64,000 nt of DNA from an uncultured Planctomycetaceae bacterium (lineage in GTDB: Bacteria > Planctomycetota > Planctomycetia > Planctomycetales > Planctomycetaceae): positions 480,001 to 544,000 of the forward strand of contig CAWFGE010000012.1 in NCBI GenBank assembly GCA_963815195.1, read 5' to 3'. The translations under genes were made by a program, and so were the position numbers. Positions within the stretch are counted from its first letter, which is position 1; each line of letters begins with the position of its first letter. Under the pieces are notes generated by a model. The model was not told where the DNA came from. It saw nothing but the letters and a program-made list of their open reading frames with translations, and made no database searches. Of this stretch, positions 53,353 through 64,000 are shown piece after piece.

Positions 53353-55446
53353 TTAGGTCATTCCCAACGCGACCAGCACCAGGTCGATCAGCTTGATCCC
53401 GACGAAGGGGATGATGAGGCCGCCCAATCCGAAAATCAGCAGGTTTCGCTGGAGCAACGCATCCGCCCCGACAGGCCGATACTGCACGCCGCGAATGGCC
53501 AAAGGGATCAGGCAGGGAATGACGATCGCATTGAAGATGACCGCCGAGAGGATGGCGCTTTGCGGCGTCGCGAGACCCATGATATTGAGCGCGGCCAATT
53601 CGGGCATGGCGATCATGAAAATCGCCGGGATGATCGCGAAGTATTTTGCCACATCGTTGGCCACGCTGAACGTGGTGAGTGCTCCGCGGGTCATCAACAT
53701 CTGTTTGCCCACGGTCACGACATCGATCAGCTTGGTCGGGTTGGAATCGAGATCGACCATGTTGCCCGCTTCCTTGGCGGCCTGCGTTCCGGTATTCATG
53801 GCCACGGCCACATCGGCCTGGGCCAAAGCCGGGGCGTCGTTGGTGCCGTCGCCCGTCATCGCGACGAGTTGTCCTCCTTCTTGATTTTTGCGAATCAATT
53901 CGAGCTTGGCTTCCGGCGTCGCTTCGGCCAGAAAGTCATCGACGCCGGCCTCGGCGGCAATCGCCGTGGCGGTCTTGGGATTGTCCCCGGTGATCATCAC
54001 GGTTTTGATTCCCATCCGCCGCAGTTCCGCAAACCGCTCCCGAATGCCGCCCTTGACGATGTCTTTCAGAAAGATTGCGCCCAGCACCCGGTCGTTTTCC
54101 GCGACCACCAACGGCGTTCCGCCGGCTTTGGCAATCGCGTCCACATGCTTTTGCACCGTTTCCGGAAACTCGCCGCCCTGATCGGTGACGAACTTCTCGA
54201 TCGCATCGGCGGAGCCTTTGCGGATTTTCCGCCCGTCCATGTCCACGCCGCTCATCCGCGTGTGGGCGCTGAAGGGGACGAACGTGGCATGGGCTGGCTC
54301 CATCTCCCGTCCGCGAATATTGAACTGTTCCTTCGCCAAGACGACGATGCTTCGCCCTTCCGCCGTCTCGTCGGCAATGGAAGCGAGTTGCGCGGCATCG
54401 GCGAGTTCCTTAACTTCCACGCCGGGCACCGGACGAAACTCGCTCGCCTGCCGGTTCCCCAGCGTGATGGTGCCGGTCTTGTCCAACAGCAGCACGCTGA
54501 CGTCGCCCGCGGCCTCCACCGCCCGTCCCGACATGGCCATCACGTTTTTCTGGCTCAGCCGCGCCATTCCCGCAATCCCGATGGCGGCGAGCAACGCCCC
54601 GATCGTCGTCGGGATCAGACACACCAACAGCGCGACCAACGTGGGCACATCAATCGTGACATCGAAATACGTCGCAATGGGATACAGTCCCACGCAGACC
54701 ATCAAAAATACCAGCGTCAATCCGGCGAGGACGACCGTGAGCGCGATTTCATTGGGTGTCTTCTGGCGTTTCGCTGCTTCGACCATCGAGATCATCCGAT
54801 CGAGAAAACTCTCGCCGGGCCGGGCGGTGATGCGAATGATCAATTGGTCGGACAAGACGCGGGTTCCGCCGGTGACCGAAGAGCGGTCTCCGCCGCTCTC
54901 GCGGATGACCGGCGCGCTTTCGCCCGTGATGGCGCTTTCATCGACCGACGCCACGCCGCTCACCACTTCCCCGTCAGCTGGAATCACATGACCGGCCTGC
55001 ACAAGAACCAAATCACCCGCCCGCAACATGGAAGCGGGAACCCACTCGCCGCCGACTCCACGACTGTCAATGACTCGGCAGGCCTTCACGTCTTTCCGGG
55101 TTTTCCGTAATGAATCCGCCTGCGCCCGGCCCCGCGCTTCGGCCACGGCCTCGGCGAAATTGGCAAACCAAACGGTCAACCACAGCCAAATCGAGACGGC
55201 CAGAAAATATCCCACACCTTCGCGGCCGGAAACGGCCGCGGAGAGCGTGACGAGCGTCGTCAACCCGGCGCCCAACTCGGCGACAAACATGACCGGATTG
55301 CGAGCCATTGTCCGAGGGTTCAGCATCTTCACGGCCTGCCCCATCGAGGGCACCAGCATGTCCATCGTGAAAAGCGACTTCGATTTCTCTCTGCGAAAAC
55401 GCGAATGCTCGGCCGAGCCGGCGATGGAATTTGGTTCCGAGGACAT
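53353..55446 (-). CDS. kdpB: K+-transporting ATPase subunit B
   Basis: [40 protein letters not shown]. Confidence 0.97.
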   Translation of the reverse strand: MSSEPNSIAGSAEHSRFRREKSKSLFTMDMLVPSMGQAVKMLNPRTMARNPVMFVAELGAGLTTLVTLSAAVSGREGVGYFLAVSIWLWLTVWFANFAEAVAEARGRAQADSLRKTRKDVKACRVIDSRGVGGEWVPASMLRAGDLVLVQAGHVIPADGEVVSGVASVDESAITGESAPVIRESGGDRSSVTGGTRVLSDQLIIRITARPGESFLDRMISMVEAAKRQKTPNEIALTVVLAGLTLVFLMVCVGLYPIATYFDVTIDVPTLVALLVCLIPTTIGALLAAIGIAGMARLSQKNVMAMSGRAVEAAGDVSVLLLDKTGTITLGNRQASEFRPVPGVEVKELADAAQLASIADETAEGRSIVVLAKEQFNIRGREMEPAHATFVPFSAHTRMSGVDMDGRKIRKGSADAIEKFVTDQGGEFPETVQKHVDAIAKAGGTPLVVAENDRVLGAIFLKDIVKGGIRERFAELRRMGIKTVMITGDNPKTATAIAAEAGVDDFLAEATPEAKLELIRKNQEGGQLVAMTGDGTNDAPALAQADVAVAMNTGTQAAKEAGNMVDLDSNPTKLIDVVTVGKQMLMTRGALTTFSVANDVAKYFAIIPAIFMIAMPELAALNIMGLATPQSAILSAVIFNAIVIPCLIPLAIRGVQYRPVGADALLQRNLLIFGLGGLIIPFVGIKLIDLVLVALGMT

Positions 55447-55467
55447 TTCAAATTGATCCTTTACGGT

Positions 55468-56287
55468 TTATTTGGTAGGAATCGGGGGCATTCCCGGATT
55501 GGGTTCACTCGATTCCAGGTTGATTTCCTTGAGCACATTCTCAAAGCGACCCCAGGACACTGCTTTGGCGGGAACCGGAGTCGAACGCTTGTCGATCGCC
55601 AGATCGAGGAGATAACTGGTTTCTTCATGCGTCGTGTTCCGGCCCGCCTGTTGCAGCGCCGCGATCTTCTCTTGCTCGGCGAGAAACTGTTGTGCTAACT
55701 CCATCAACGTCAGGATCCGCGCCCCATCGGAACCGTGCTCGACTTTCACGTCGCGGCAGGCGGGCCACGTTTCAAAGAGGGCCAAATCACGTCGCGAAAT
55801 TAACAGGATCGTAATGGGCTGGTGCATCGCCAGACCCGCCGGTTCGCAGCAGGGGGCCATCACATATTGGTCCCGCTCGAATCCGCCGGCCTGGACGCGG
55901 TCGCAGACGAAGTTCATCAACGTTTCCAAAAGGTAAGATCCTTCGGCTCCCTCCATCGAGATCAGCGTGTGGCGCGGCGTCACATTCAGCGCGCGATTGA
56001 GCAACTCCTCGGCCAGGTAGCCGTTGGGGACGACGTGATTGATCTGAGCCTGTCCCAGCGAGCGAAGCCGCAACGTCGCCGGCCGTTCCTTTCCATCCGG
56101 ACCGACGGCCCTCTCCACGATGTGATGCTCGATGACGACCGTGTCGCGCATCCCCCGTCAGGATGTTCTTGTACTCGCGGTGACGCTTCCAGCGTCCCCA
56201 GAGCCAGGCCATCATCGCTCCAAAGACGATTCCCGAAAGGCCGCTCGCTGTGCGTCCCGCGAAATCGAACAGGATGTCGTTTGACAT
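55468..56287 (-). CDS. Hypothetical protein with N-terminal TM helix, inside kdp operon (frameshift near 56152)
   Basis: MSNDILFDFAG...GAMMAWLWGRWKRHR joins the 227-aa frame RDTVVIEHH... Confidence 0.7.
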
Positions 56288-56305
56288 GGTTTCCGACCTC
56301 GAAGC

Positions 56306-58045
56306 TTATTGGGCAATACTCAGATGCTCGGCAATGGGTCCCAGCATGGCCAGCGGAAGGAACAGCAAGGCCCCGACGATCAAAATCGTTCCGAGCAACA
56401 CCACGCCGAACAACAGCGTGTCCGTTCGGAAGGTTCCGGCGGATTCAGGCGTCGCCCGCTTGGCGGCCAAAGAACCCACGATCGCCAAGGGAGCGATGAT
56501 CGGAATAAACCGGCCCAATAGCATGATCACTCCAGTCGCGATGTTCCAGGGTACGGTGTTGTCTCCGAGTCCCTCGAATCCCGACCCGTTGTTGGCCGCC
56601 GCCGAACTGAACTCGTAGATGATTTCACTCAAGCCGTGGCTGCCGGGATTGTGCAAAGTTTCTCTGCCCCACGAAGTCGAGGCGAACACCGCCGTGCCCC
56701 CCACGATGAACAGCGGATGAGCCAGCAGGGCCACGAGGGCCAACTTCATTTCTCGCGTTTCCAGCTTGCGCGTGAGATACTCCGGGGTGCGGCCGACCAT
56801 CATTCCCGCGAGGAACACCGCCGTGACCACGAACAAAAACATATTGATCAGCCCGACGCCCACGCCGCCAAAAACGACGTTCAGCCACATCCCGGTCATC
56901 GGCAAGAGTCCCGTAAGCGGATTGAGGCTGTCGTGCATGGCATCCACGCTGCCGTTGCTGGTCGAAGTCGTCGAGGCGGCCCACGTCGCCCCCGCGGTCG
57001 CACCGAACCGAAGCTCCTTCCCTTCGAGGTTCATCGACTCCTCCACGGGCAAGTCCGCCAAAGCCGCGGCCGGTTGGCTTTCCAACACGCACGCCGACGC
57101 AACAAAGGCCAGATAGAGCGTGAGCATCACGCCAAAAACGACGCCGGCATGCCGGAGCCGGTTGGTCATCCGCCCGAACATCCACACCGTCGCCATCGGA
57201 ATGAGAATGATCGCCATGTTGCACAACACGTTCGACCAGAATGTGGGGTTCTCGAAGGGATGCGCGCAGTTCGGCCCGAAGAACCCGCCGCCGTTGGTGC
57301 CGAGTTGTTTGATCGCCACAAAAGCCGCCACCGGCCCGCGGGCGATCGTCTGCATCGTCCCTTCCAACGTCTTGGCGACCGCGGCCCCATTCAGCGTCAT
57401 GGGCATGCCGCACACCACGAAGAGCGAAGCCGTCACCAGCGCCAGCGGCAACAAAATCAATCCCGTGGCCCGCCAAACATCCTGGAAGAAATTCCCCAAT
57501 TCCGTGCGGCCGGCGAGTCCGCGGCTGAGCGCTGTGACAGCGGCGATGCCCGTCGCCGCGCTGACGAATTGCAGCCACATCAACGCAAAGAGCTGCGAGA
57601 AGTAGCTCAGGGAAACTTCCCCGGAATAATGCTGCAAGTTCGTGTTGCTCGTGAAACTGGCCGACGTGTTGAACGCCAGGCTCGGCTCCATGGCGTCTTT
57701 TCCATCCGGATTGAGCGGCAGCCACTGCTGGGTCGTCAACACGACATACACGAAGACGAACATCACCAGGTTAAAGCTGAGCATCGACAGGCAATACGGC
57801 TTCCAGTTCTGCGAACGGGCGGCGTGGCGGCCGAGCACCGCCTCACAAAACCGCTCATAGCGCAGACGCCATGGGAAACTATATCGTTGCTCTCTCGAGG
57901 TTCGCCCTTCCAGGAGGGGTTCAAATTTCCGCGGTTCTGGGGCAGAATTTTCCGGGTCCATCGCCCACCGCATGTACCGGCCCAACGGCCAAGCCAGTGC
58001 CATCGTCGCCCCGATGATGATCGCGGGGATGAGAAATCCGACCAT
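56306..58045 (-). CDS. kdpA: K+-transporting ATPase subunit A
   Basis: SFTSNTNLQHYSGE, IKQLGTNGGG, SNGSV, MVGRTPEYL, SAAANNGS. Confidence 0.97.
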   Translation of the reverse strand: MVGFLIPAIIIGATMALAWPLGRYMRWAMDPENSAPEPRKFEPLLEGRTSREQRYSFPWRLRYERFCEAVLGRHAARSQNWKPYCLSMLSFNLVMFVFVYVVLTTQQWLPLNPDGKDAMEPSLAFNTSASFTSNTNLQHYSGEVSLSYFSQLFALMWLQFVSAATGIAAVTALSRGLAGRTELGNFFQDVWRATGLILLPLALVTASLFVVCGMPMTLNGAAVAKTLEGTMQTIARGPVAAFVAIKQLGTNGGGFFGPNCAHPFENPTFWSNVLCNMAIILIPMATVWMFGRMTNRLRHAGVVFGVMLTLYLAFVASACVLESQPAAALADLPVEESMNLEGKELRFGATAGATWAASTTSTSNGSVDAMHDSLNPLTGLLPMTGMWLNVVFGGVGVGLINMFLFVVTAVFLAGMMVGRTPEYLTRKLETREMKLALVALLAHPLFIVGGTAVFASTSWGRETLHNPGSHGLSEIIYEFSSAAANNGSGFEGLGDNTVPWNIATGVIMLLGRFIPIIAPLAIVGSLAAKRATPESAGTFRTDTLLFGVVLLGTILIVGALLFLPLAMLGPIAEHLSIAQ

Positions 58046-58067
58046 CGTATTGATCCTTGTTGTCGAT

Positions 58068-58160
58068 TTAGAATTTGTCCGGTTTGAGCATGACGTAGCA
58101 CAGATAACCGAAGGCGAATACCGTCGTCACAATCACGCAGCTATTGACGAACGCGTCCAT
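58068..58160 (-). CDS. kdpF: K+-transporting ATPase subunit F
   Basis: 30-aa MDAFVNSCVIVTTVFAFGYLCYVMLKPDKF with an AGGAGA RBS, directly upstream of kdpA. Confidence 0.85.
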   Translation of the reverse strand: MDAFVNSCVIVTTVFAFGYLCYVMLKPDKF

Positions 58161-58510
58161 CCCATTCTCCTTACAGCCGCTCGCAGGCGAACACAAAACC
58201 ATACAGCAACACAAACGTCGCAATTCCAAGAAGCAACATCAGAATCCACATCACCTAAGTCCTCCGCTAAACTCTGAAAGTGGCGTTTAATGAATCGAAA
58301 TCTCTGCGTCATTTCCCCGAATTGTAAATCGACCCGTATCAAATAGGTGTCAAAACTCGGCTCAAGGGGATCAAAAAGCTGTCAAGCTCTCGACTTTGCA
58401 AGTGCGCCCCATCCCCTAAACGACCGCCAAGGCCCCCGCGAAGAACGCGCCTCCCGCCGCCAGCCACAAAATGTTCCCCATGGTTCATCCCGGAATTGAA
58501 CCAGATTCCG

Positions 58511-58560
58511 CATCAAAAGGGTGTAAAAAGAACGGGCGGGGACATCAAAAATTCGTAAAG
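58511..58560 (-). promoter_or_regulatory. Putative KdpE-binding direct repeats
   Basis: The minus strand reads CTTTACGAATTTTTGATG-TCCCCGCCCGTTC-TTTTTACACCCTTTTGATG upstream of kdpF. Confidence 0.45.
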
Positions 58561-58669
58561 GTGCCTGATCGCCGCCGGATTCTGCCCCGAGTGCGAGCGT
58601 CGGCTCCCGCACCAAGGCTTGCCGCACGGAATGCATTACCCGGAGCGCTGCCCCGATGCCCGCGTCGGT

Positions 58670-58821
58670 TTGGCGAGACGCTTGCGGTTGGCGAGACGAT
58701 TGAAGTGGAACTCTCCGTTACGGCGGACCAGGCATACGAATATCTCGCCTTTGAAGATCCGAAACCCGCCGGCGGCGAACCGCTCCAACTGCGAAGCGGT
58801 TACACGTGGGGCGACGGCTGA
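58670..58821 (+). pseudogene. Fragment resembling the C-terminal region of bacterial alpha-2-macroglobulin
   Basis: LAVGETIEVELSVTADQAYEYLAFEDPKPAGGEP, an isolated fragment. Confidence 0.5.
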
Positions 58822-58980
58822 TGCGCGAGGAAATGCAACTCCGGGGATCCGCGATGGAAAGAGACAGCGACGGAGCTTCCCGCAGGACCATCAGATGATC
58901 CTTGGCTCCCCCAACGCTATGCCAGAATCGTTCTCCCAAGATCATCCGTTTCGATTGCTAATCACAAAACCCAACACGTC

Positions 58981-60145
58981 TCAAAAGTCTCGCCGGACGA
59001 ATAGCCAACAGGCGCATGCTAATAGGACACATTCGAAGCCGAGCGATGTGCCGATGATGTACCACGGCGACCGGTTTCTGTAGTCTTCCTGAAGTCGTTT
59101 TTGGGCTTCCATGCCGGGGTTGCCCTGCCCTTGGTTTTGGGATTCGAGACGCTGCTGCCGCCGGGGGCCGCCTTGCATGAGGCTGGTCAGGCTGTGTTTT
59201 TCGTCGTTTGTCATCCAGCGGTCCAACAGACCAATCGTTTGGCTCGTCTTGGGGACAACCGCCAGGATCCCATTGACGCCTTTATGCCATGCCGCGAGGG
59301 AATCCAAACGGCTCCGGGCCGCCTCGCGCCGGCGTTTGGCTTCTTTCAATTGAAGGTCGAATTCCTGCCGCTGCCGCTCGAGTTCCTGCTTTCGGATTTT
59401 CTCGTCGTCCTCGGCCGGTTGGCCCTCTTCGTCGATTGGCATTGGCAAAGGATCGCGGGTGAAATTTGGGAAGCGGGGCGTTGGCGGCGATTTCGCTCTG
59501 GAGCTTTAACACATTCAAAACGGACTCGGTTTGCTGGACGCTATAAATCATGAACCAGAACAAAATCGTCATCAAGATCGAGGCCAATGAGGAGCGGGTT
59601 ATCACGTTCATCAGCACGTTGAAGCCATAGAGATAACTAAAGAAAACCAAAACCAGCGGGATGGCCGAGAAGATCGACCAATTCCATTGACCGATTCGCC
59701 ACCCCACACACAGAAACACGCCAAGGGAAAACACGCCGACTTGCAGCAAAACGAATAGCAGTCCGCCCAGGTATTTCACGAAAAACAGTTTGACCCGGCT
59801 CAAAGGTTTGGCCAACACGAGGTCGATCGACCCGTCCGCCATGAAATCCACGAAGATGGGAGCCGTCGAAATCAACGCGAGGATCGTCGCCGCCCACGTC
59901 AGCCAAAAGCCGACAATAAACTGGGAGAAGATCCCCAAGTACAGACCCACGGCCCAGGGACTTCCGGCTCGGATATAGTCATCTTCGAAATGGGTCATGC
60001 CAAATAAGAAAAACCACCCGGTGTCATCGAATCCAATCGAGGCGTAAGCCAGCACGACGACCCCGGAGATAATGAGTGAGATCCAAAACAACTTGCGACT
60101 CAGCACCAAACGGTACGAGTCGACCAGAATAGCCCAGGTTTGCAT
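58981..60145 (-). CDS. ABC transporter permease (frameshift near 59450)
   Basis: GSIDLVLAKPLSRVKLFFVKYLGG, multiple TM segments, C-terminal FVRRDF in a second frame. Confidence 0.85.
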
Positions 60146-61143
60146 CAGTTGTTTTCTCCCTTCGAAACGCGATTGACCGCCGCACCGGGCGTGGTGGACT
60201 TGCCCTCTGACTCCTCGACCGCCTGCATGAACAAATCTTCGAGCGACTGCCGCACCGGGCGAAGCGATTCGACGACCGCACCGGCGCGTCGCAAGGCGTC
60301 GATCACCGGTTGGATGGCGGCGGTGTCATCGTTGGGCACGATGATTTCCGCAGACGCCTCGCGCTCTTCCAACTTGCCCTCGACTTTGTTCAACAAGTCT
60401 CTTAGCGAGGCGTCCTCTGGAAGCTTTGAGGCGAGCTTGATCTCATACCGCTTACTGGCCTGGGTCAATTCATCAATCGTGCCCTGGGCGACGACTTCGC
60501 CTTTGGAGAGAATCGCCACCCGATCGCAGACCAACTCCAACTCGCTGAGCAGGTGGCTGTTGATAAAGACCGTTTTGCCTTGTTCCTTTAAGCCGATCAG
60601 AATTTTACGGATGTCACGTCGCCCCAGAGGATCGACGCCATCGGTGGGTTCATCGAGCAGCACCAAATCCGGGTCGTTCATCAAAGCCTGAGCGAGTCCC
60701 GTTCGTTGTTTCATCCCCTTGGAATACGTCTTGATGCGTTTGGAACGCCAATCGATCATTCCCACTTGTTGAAGCAGTTTTTCGGCCCGTTCGCGACGAT
60801 CCCTGCGCGGCACGTTGGACAACGCGGCATAAAAGTCAAGGGCCTGATCCCCCGTGAGATAATCGGGGAACTGCAAGTGTTCGGGGAGGAACCCCACCCT
60901 CCGTAGCGACTCGCGGTGCCCCACGGGATGGCCGAGCACTTTCCCGTCGCAATAAGTTGGGCGGACGATGGTCATCAAGATCTTGACGAGGGTACTCTTG
61001 CCCGCCCCGTTGGGCCCCAACAGTCCAAAGATCTCCCCACGGCGGACCCGCATGGAAATGCCCCGCAGTGCCCGGACTTTGCCGGGATACGTTTTCGACA
61101 CGTCCTGAATGTCGATAACCCAGTCGTCGTTCGTCGTGGCCAT
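60145..61143 (-). CDS. ABC transporter ATP-binding protein
   Basis: GPNGAGKST, YSKGMKQR, LLDEPT, SHLL. Confidence 0.95.
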   Translation of the reverse strand: MATTNDDWVIDIQDVSKTYPGKVRALRGISMRVRRGEIFGLLGPNGAGKSTLVKILMTIVRPTYCDGKVLGHPVGHRESLRRVGFLPEHLQFPDYLTGDQALDFYAALSNVPRRDRRERAEKLLQQVGMIDWRSKRIKTYSKGMKQRTGLAQALMNDPDLVLLDEPTDGVDPLGRRDIRKILIGLKEQGKTVFINSHLLSELELVCDRVAILSKGEVVAQGTIDELTQASKRYEIKLASKLPEDASLRDLLNKVEGKLEEREASAEIIVPNDDTAAIQPVIDALRRAGAVVESLRPVRQSLEDLFMQAVEESEGKSTTPGAAVNRVSKGENN

Positions 61144-61612
61144 GCGGGTTCCTTTCAGAACTTTGGAAGGACGGTTGTCGCGAATATCATCGGATAATCG
61201 TGCGTCGATCTCCATCATACGGTGGGCCATTACCAACCCCCAAACGATATTTGCCGGCCGGTGGATTAAACTTTTCAGAAAAAGTCCAACTCAAAAATCA
61301 ACACAGGGAACCCTTTCATTTCATGCGTGATTATTCGGCCATTTGCCATGACACCACCTGGCAAAACGGCTACAGAGGACAGGCCAAAAAACAGGAGCGC
61401 CGCACTGGCCGTACCAGGAGCCTGGGCGCCAGGAGGGACAGACGCCATCAGGGATTCCCGTGTTTCGGGCTTCGGATGCGATGGCCCTCCTCGCGAATCG
61501 CGTGCATCGTCTGAAAGAAAGGTGTATTCTGTATCGAAATTGACGCCCGACTCCTGACGGCAAACAATTCCGAAGACGAGCAGAATGTTATCGAGACGCA
61601 GGATCGTTCCGC

Positions 61613-61912
61613 ATGGATCAACCGGACTCCGATCGGATTTGTCCGATTTGCCGGCATGAGTATGCCCCTTCGGAATTGACGAAGCATCATTTGGTGCCCA
61701 GAAGCCGGAAGGGGAAGATCACCGTGCCCTTGTGCCGGCCCTGCCATTCTCAAATCCATGCGATCTATACGGAGAAGGAACTCGAAGAGCACTTCGGCAC
61801 GCTGGAATCGCTGCTCGCGGCCGAGGGTTTGCAGCCGTGGATTCGCTGGATCAGAAAACGCAAGCCGACCGCGCACGTCAAAACCAAAACCAGCCGCCGC
61901 AAACGCCGGTAG
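61613..61912 (+). CDS. Small HNH endonuclease-like protein
   Basis: CPIC...LTKHHLVPRS...LCRPCHSQIH. Confidence 0.8.
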   Translation: MDQPDSDRICPICRHEYAPSELTKHHLVPRSRKGKITVPLCRPCHSQIHAIYTEKELEEHFGTLESLLAAEGLQPWIRWIRKRKPTAHVKTKTSRRKRR

Positions 61913-61917
61913 GCGAA

Positions 61918-62699
61918 TCATTTGCCGGGCGGAAAAACATCGTTTGACAGGTGGGTCTCGAGCATTTCCCGAAACAGGCGGACGGCGGTTTCGCAGATTT
62001 CGGCCGTTCGGTTCCCGTCCCGGCAGGCGGCGGAGCGGATGGCGACGATCTCCGGGGCGAGCGGCTTCAAGCGGGGAACATCGGTCTTTCGCAAACCCCC
62101 GGCCAACGCCAACGCCAAACCCGCCTGATGAACCGCGCTGGCGATCTGCTCGAGTTCCTGGGAAGGCAGCACCTCCACCAGCGATCGGCCGTCTTTGTGG
62201 AACGTATCCAACAGCACGGCCCCGCACTGGTGCTCCGCCGCGGCTGTGAGGATTTCCTCCGGCGGGGGCGATTGGGCCTTAATCCAGTCGGCATAAATCA
62301 CCGCCACCCACGCCGGCGGGTTCGGATGAACCTCGGCCAATCGTTCGCGAAAGCTCCGCCAGGCGCGGGGCCAGCTTTTATCCCGGCGCACCCCGAAAGT
62401 CCCAATTTCACGAAAGCCGTTTCCGCAGGCAGACGGGGAACGGTTTGTGGGTTGTTCCAATCCGAGAGTTCGCCGAGGGCGCAGCCTAGGGGAACCGAGG
62501 CATGAAGGGACCGAACGGCAGCGGCGATTTCGGCCATCGTTCGGTCGTCCGCTTTGCCCAAGGAACCCCGGCGGGGGTCTTTGATGTCGAGGATGTCCGC
62601 GCCGCCCGCGATTGCGGCCGGGACTTCCGCGGCACGAACCACGCTGACCAACAACAACGGTCCGGTCCCGATGGGTGGAGGGAGCATGTCACCGGCCAT
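61918..62699 (-). CDS. mfnB: (5-formylfuran-3-yl)methyl phosphate synthase, methanofuran biosynthesis (frameshift near 62380)
   Basis: LLVSV..AEV.AAIAGGADILDIKDPRRGSLG, FVKLG, VIYAD, LLDTFHKDG, ALAGGL, AIRSAAC..GNR. Confidence 0.8.
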
Positions 62700-63540
62700 C
62701 CATCTTGCGGGGCGTGATGCGGAGCGTCTCGGCGGAGAGCGTTTGGGGATCGATGTCTGGCCGGCTGCCCCGGAACACCGCCGCGTGCGGCACGACGAAC
62801 ATCATCGCGACCTTGATCTCGTCCCGCCGCTCGTTGACGCCGCTCTGAAACAAAAACAGCGTGAAGTCGGCTTTTGCATTTGTTTGGGGCAGGGTCGCTT
62901 CAAACGTCGCGGAGGCGTAGGGCAAGCCGTAACCGGACCAATTCTCGGAAGTCCATTTGCTTTCGACGGGGAGTTCGGAAAGTCCGGGGAGTTCCGCGAG
63001 CACATCCTCGACCAGGGTTTGATGAAACGCCCTCGCGGATTTCCGGGAAACAGACCACAGTTGCTGATTGCTCATCACGAACAAATACGCCGGCTGGGGC
63101 GGCGAATGGCCCTCGCCGGGCAGGCGGGCCTCCCACATCCCGAGCACGCCCGGCAGCGGAACGCCCAACGCGTCGCGGGACGGTTCGTGCCCCGCGGCGC
63201 GGCTCTTGGGAAAGGGGCTCTTCACCAGATGAAACGGGTTAGGCACCTGGAGCGAGACGCCTTGCGCCTCCCAGACCTCCGGGCTCAAGTTTTGTTGGAG
63301 GCGTTCGTAATAGGCGAACTCGGCCGCGGTGGCTTTCAGCCGCTCGATGTACGTTCCGTGATCGCCGCCTTCAACCGCCGACGCCTCGGAGGAATTCGAG
63401 GAACACCCCGCCGCAGCGCATGCCAGAAGCAAACACGCCGCGCCGAGGGTGCGATTTAGTCGTCGCCCGATTCTCCGAAGATTTCCAACCATTCGGCCGT
63501 CTCTGCGTCTGTGATTTCGCCGGAAAACTTGGCCTTCCAA
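62689..63540 (-). CDS. Hypothetical lipoprotein (start uncertain)
   Basis: Lipobox-like LLLACAAAGC. Overlaps both neighbours as in an operon. Confidence 0.55.
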   Translation of the reverse strand: MEGQVFRRNHRRRDGRMVGNLRRIGRRLNRTLGAACLLLACAAAGCSSNSSEASAVEGGDHGTYIERLKATAAEFAYYERLQQNLSPEVWEAQGVSLQVPNPFHLVKSPFPKSRAAGHEPSRDALGVPLPGVLGMWEARLPGEGHSPPQPAYLFVMSNQQLWSVSRKSARAFHQTLVEDVLAELPGLSELPVESKWTSENWSGYGLPYASATFEATLPQTNAKADFTLFLFQSGVNERRDEIKVAMMFVVPHAAVFRGSRPDIDPQTLSAETLRITPRKMDGR

Positions 63541-63983
63541 TCCCGCGAACTCGGAGGAGGAGCTTGTTTTGATTCCCGCTCTTCCAGTTCCTTCACGAAT
63601 TCCTCGCTGCGGACAAACCGGCCCCGCCGTCGGCGGGCGGCGATCTGCAACCGCCGATCGCTCGAGACCACGCGAATCTGCCGCGGCGCGGAATGGGCCG
63701 CGATCATATGTTCGATCCGCGTGTCGGCGTCGGCTTCCTTCTGGGCATAAACGACGTGCATGTGTTGGTGGTCATATTGGGACAGGGCGTCTGAGGGAGC
63801 CTCGTCGCCGGCGTCGAACACGATCGTCGTCCGCGGGCGTTCCTCAGCGGTCAATCGGCCCGCCAATTGATTGAGGAACCGCTCGCGGAGCCGTTCGAGG
63901 TCGCCCGGCCCATACCGCTGCCGAGCCAATCCCCAGGCATGCATCAAGTTGTATCCGTCGATGATGAGGAACGATTTTGGCAT
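63456..63983 (-). CDS. NYN domain (YacP-like) putative RNase
   Basis: LIIDGYNL, IVFDA, ADTRIE, VVSSDR. Confidence 0.85.
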   Translation of the reverse strand: MPKSFLIIDGYNLMHAWGLARQRYGPGDLERLRERFLNQLAGRLTAEERPRTTIVFDAGDEAPSDALSQYDHQHMHVVYAQKEADADTRIEHMIAAHSAPRQIRVVSSDRRLQIAARRRRGRFVRSEEFVKELEERESKQAPPPSSRDWKAKFSGEITDAETAEWLEIFGESGDD

Positions 63984-64000
63984 GACGCATCGTTCGCCCG

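Noticed and set aside
61613..61912. HNH as the satellite's cos-cutting nuclease
   Set aside because: It lies 13 kb outside the att boundaries and looks like a stand-alone small chromosomal HNH.

Overview
A GC-rich chromosomal segment of a Planctomycetota bacterium, judged from DUF1501, DUF1580, sulfatase, PQQ-propeller and MfnB genes. Many genes carry single-base frameshifts, which look like long-read assembly errors. The backbone holds glycosyltransferases (GT2, ArnT-like), an ADP-ribosylglycohydrolase, pncB with a palindromic NrtR-type operator, RecD2, DEAD-box and SNF2 helicases, a thiolase, a P450, a sulfatase, an ECF sigma factor, a ferredoxin, a kdpFA-X-BCDE operon and an ABC transporter. 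The main accessory feature is a ~9.1 kb element integrated in tRNA-Lys(CTT), bounded by 44-bp att repeats at 39362-39405 and 48480-48523. It resembles a phage satellite (PICI-like). It encodes an integrase, a protein with five tandem wHTH domains, a DUF1580 excisionase-like protein, a Rep with internal 21-bp-phased iteron-like repeats, an 11 x ~40-bp tandem array next to a cos-like site, a double-AlpA regulator, one HK97-fold capsid gene and an alphaCTD-like HhH protein. I found no portal, terminase or tail genes in it. Other highlights are a probable hopanoid C-2 methylase (hpnP), a degenerate actin-fold gene paired with an SLBB membrane protein, a 152-bp MITE inserted into a REP hairpin and itself carrying a second REP pair, and an extra gene inside the kdp operon. 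All family assignments come from motif recognition by eye, not from database searches.
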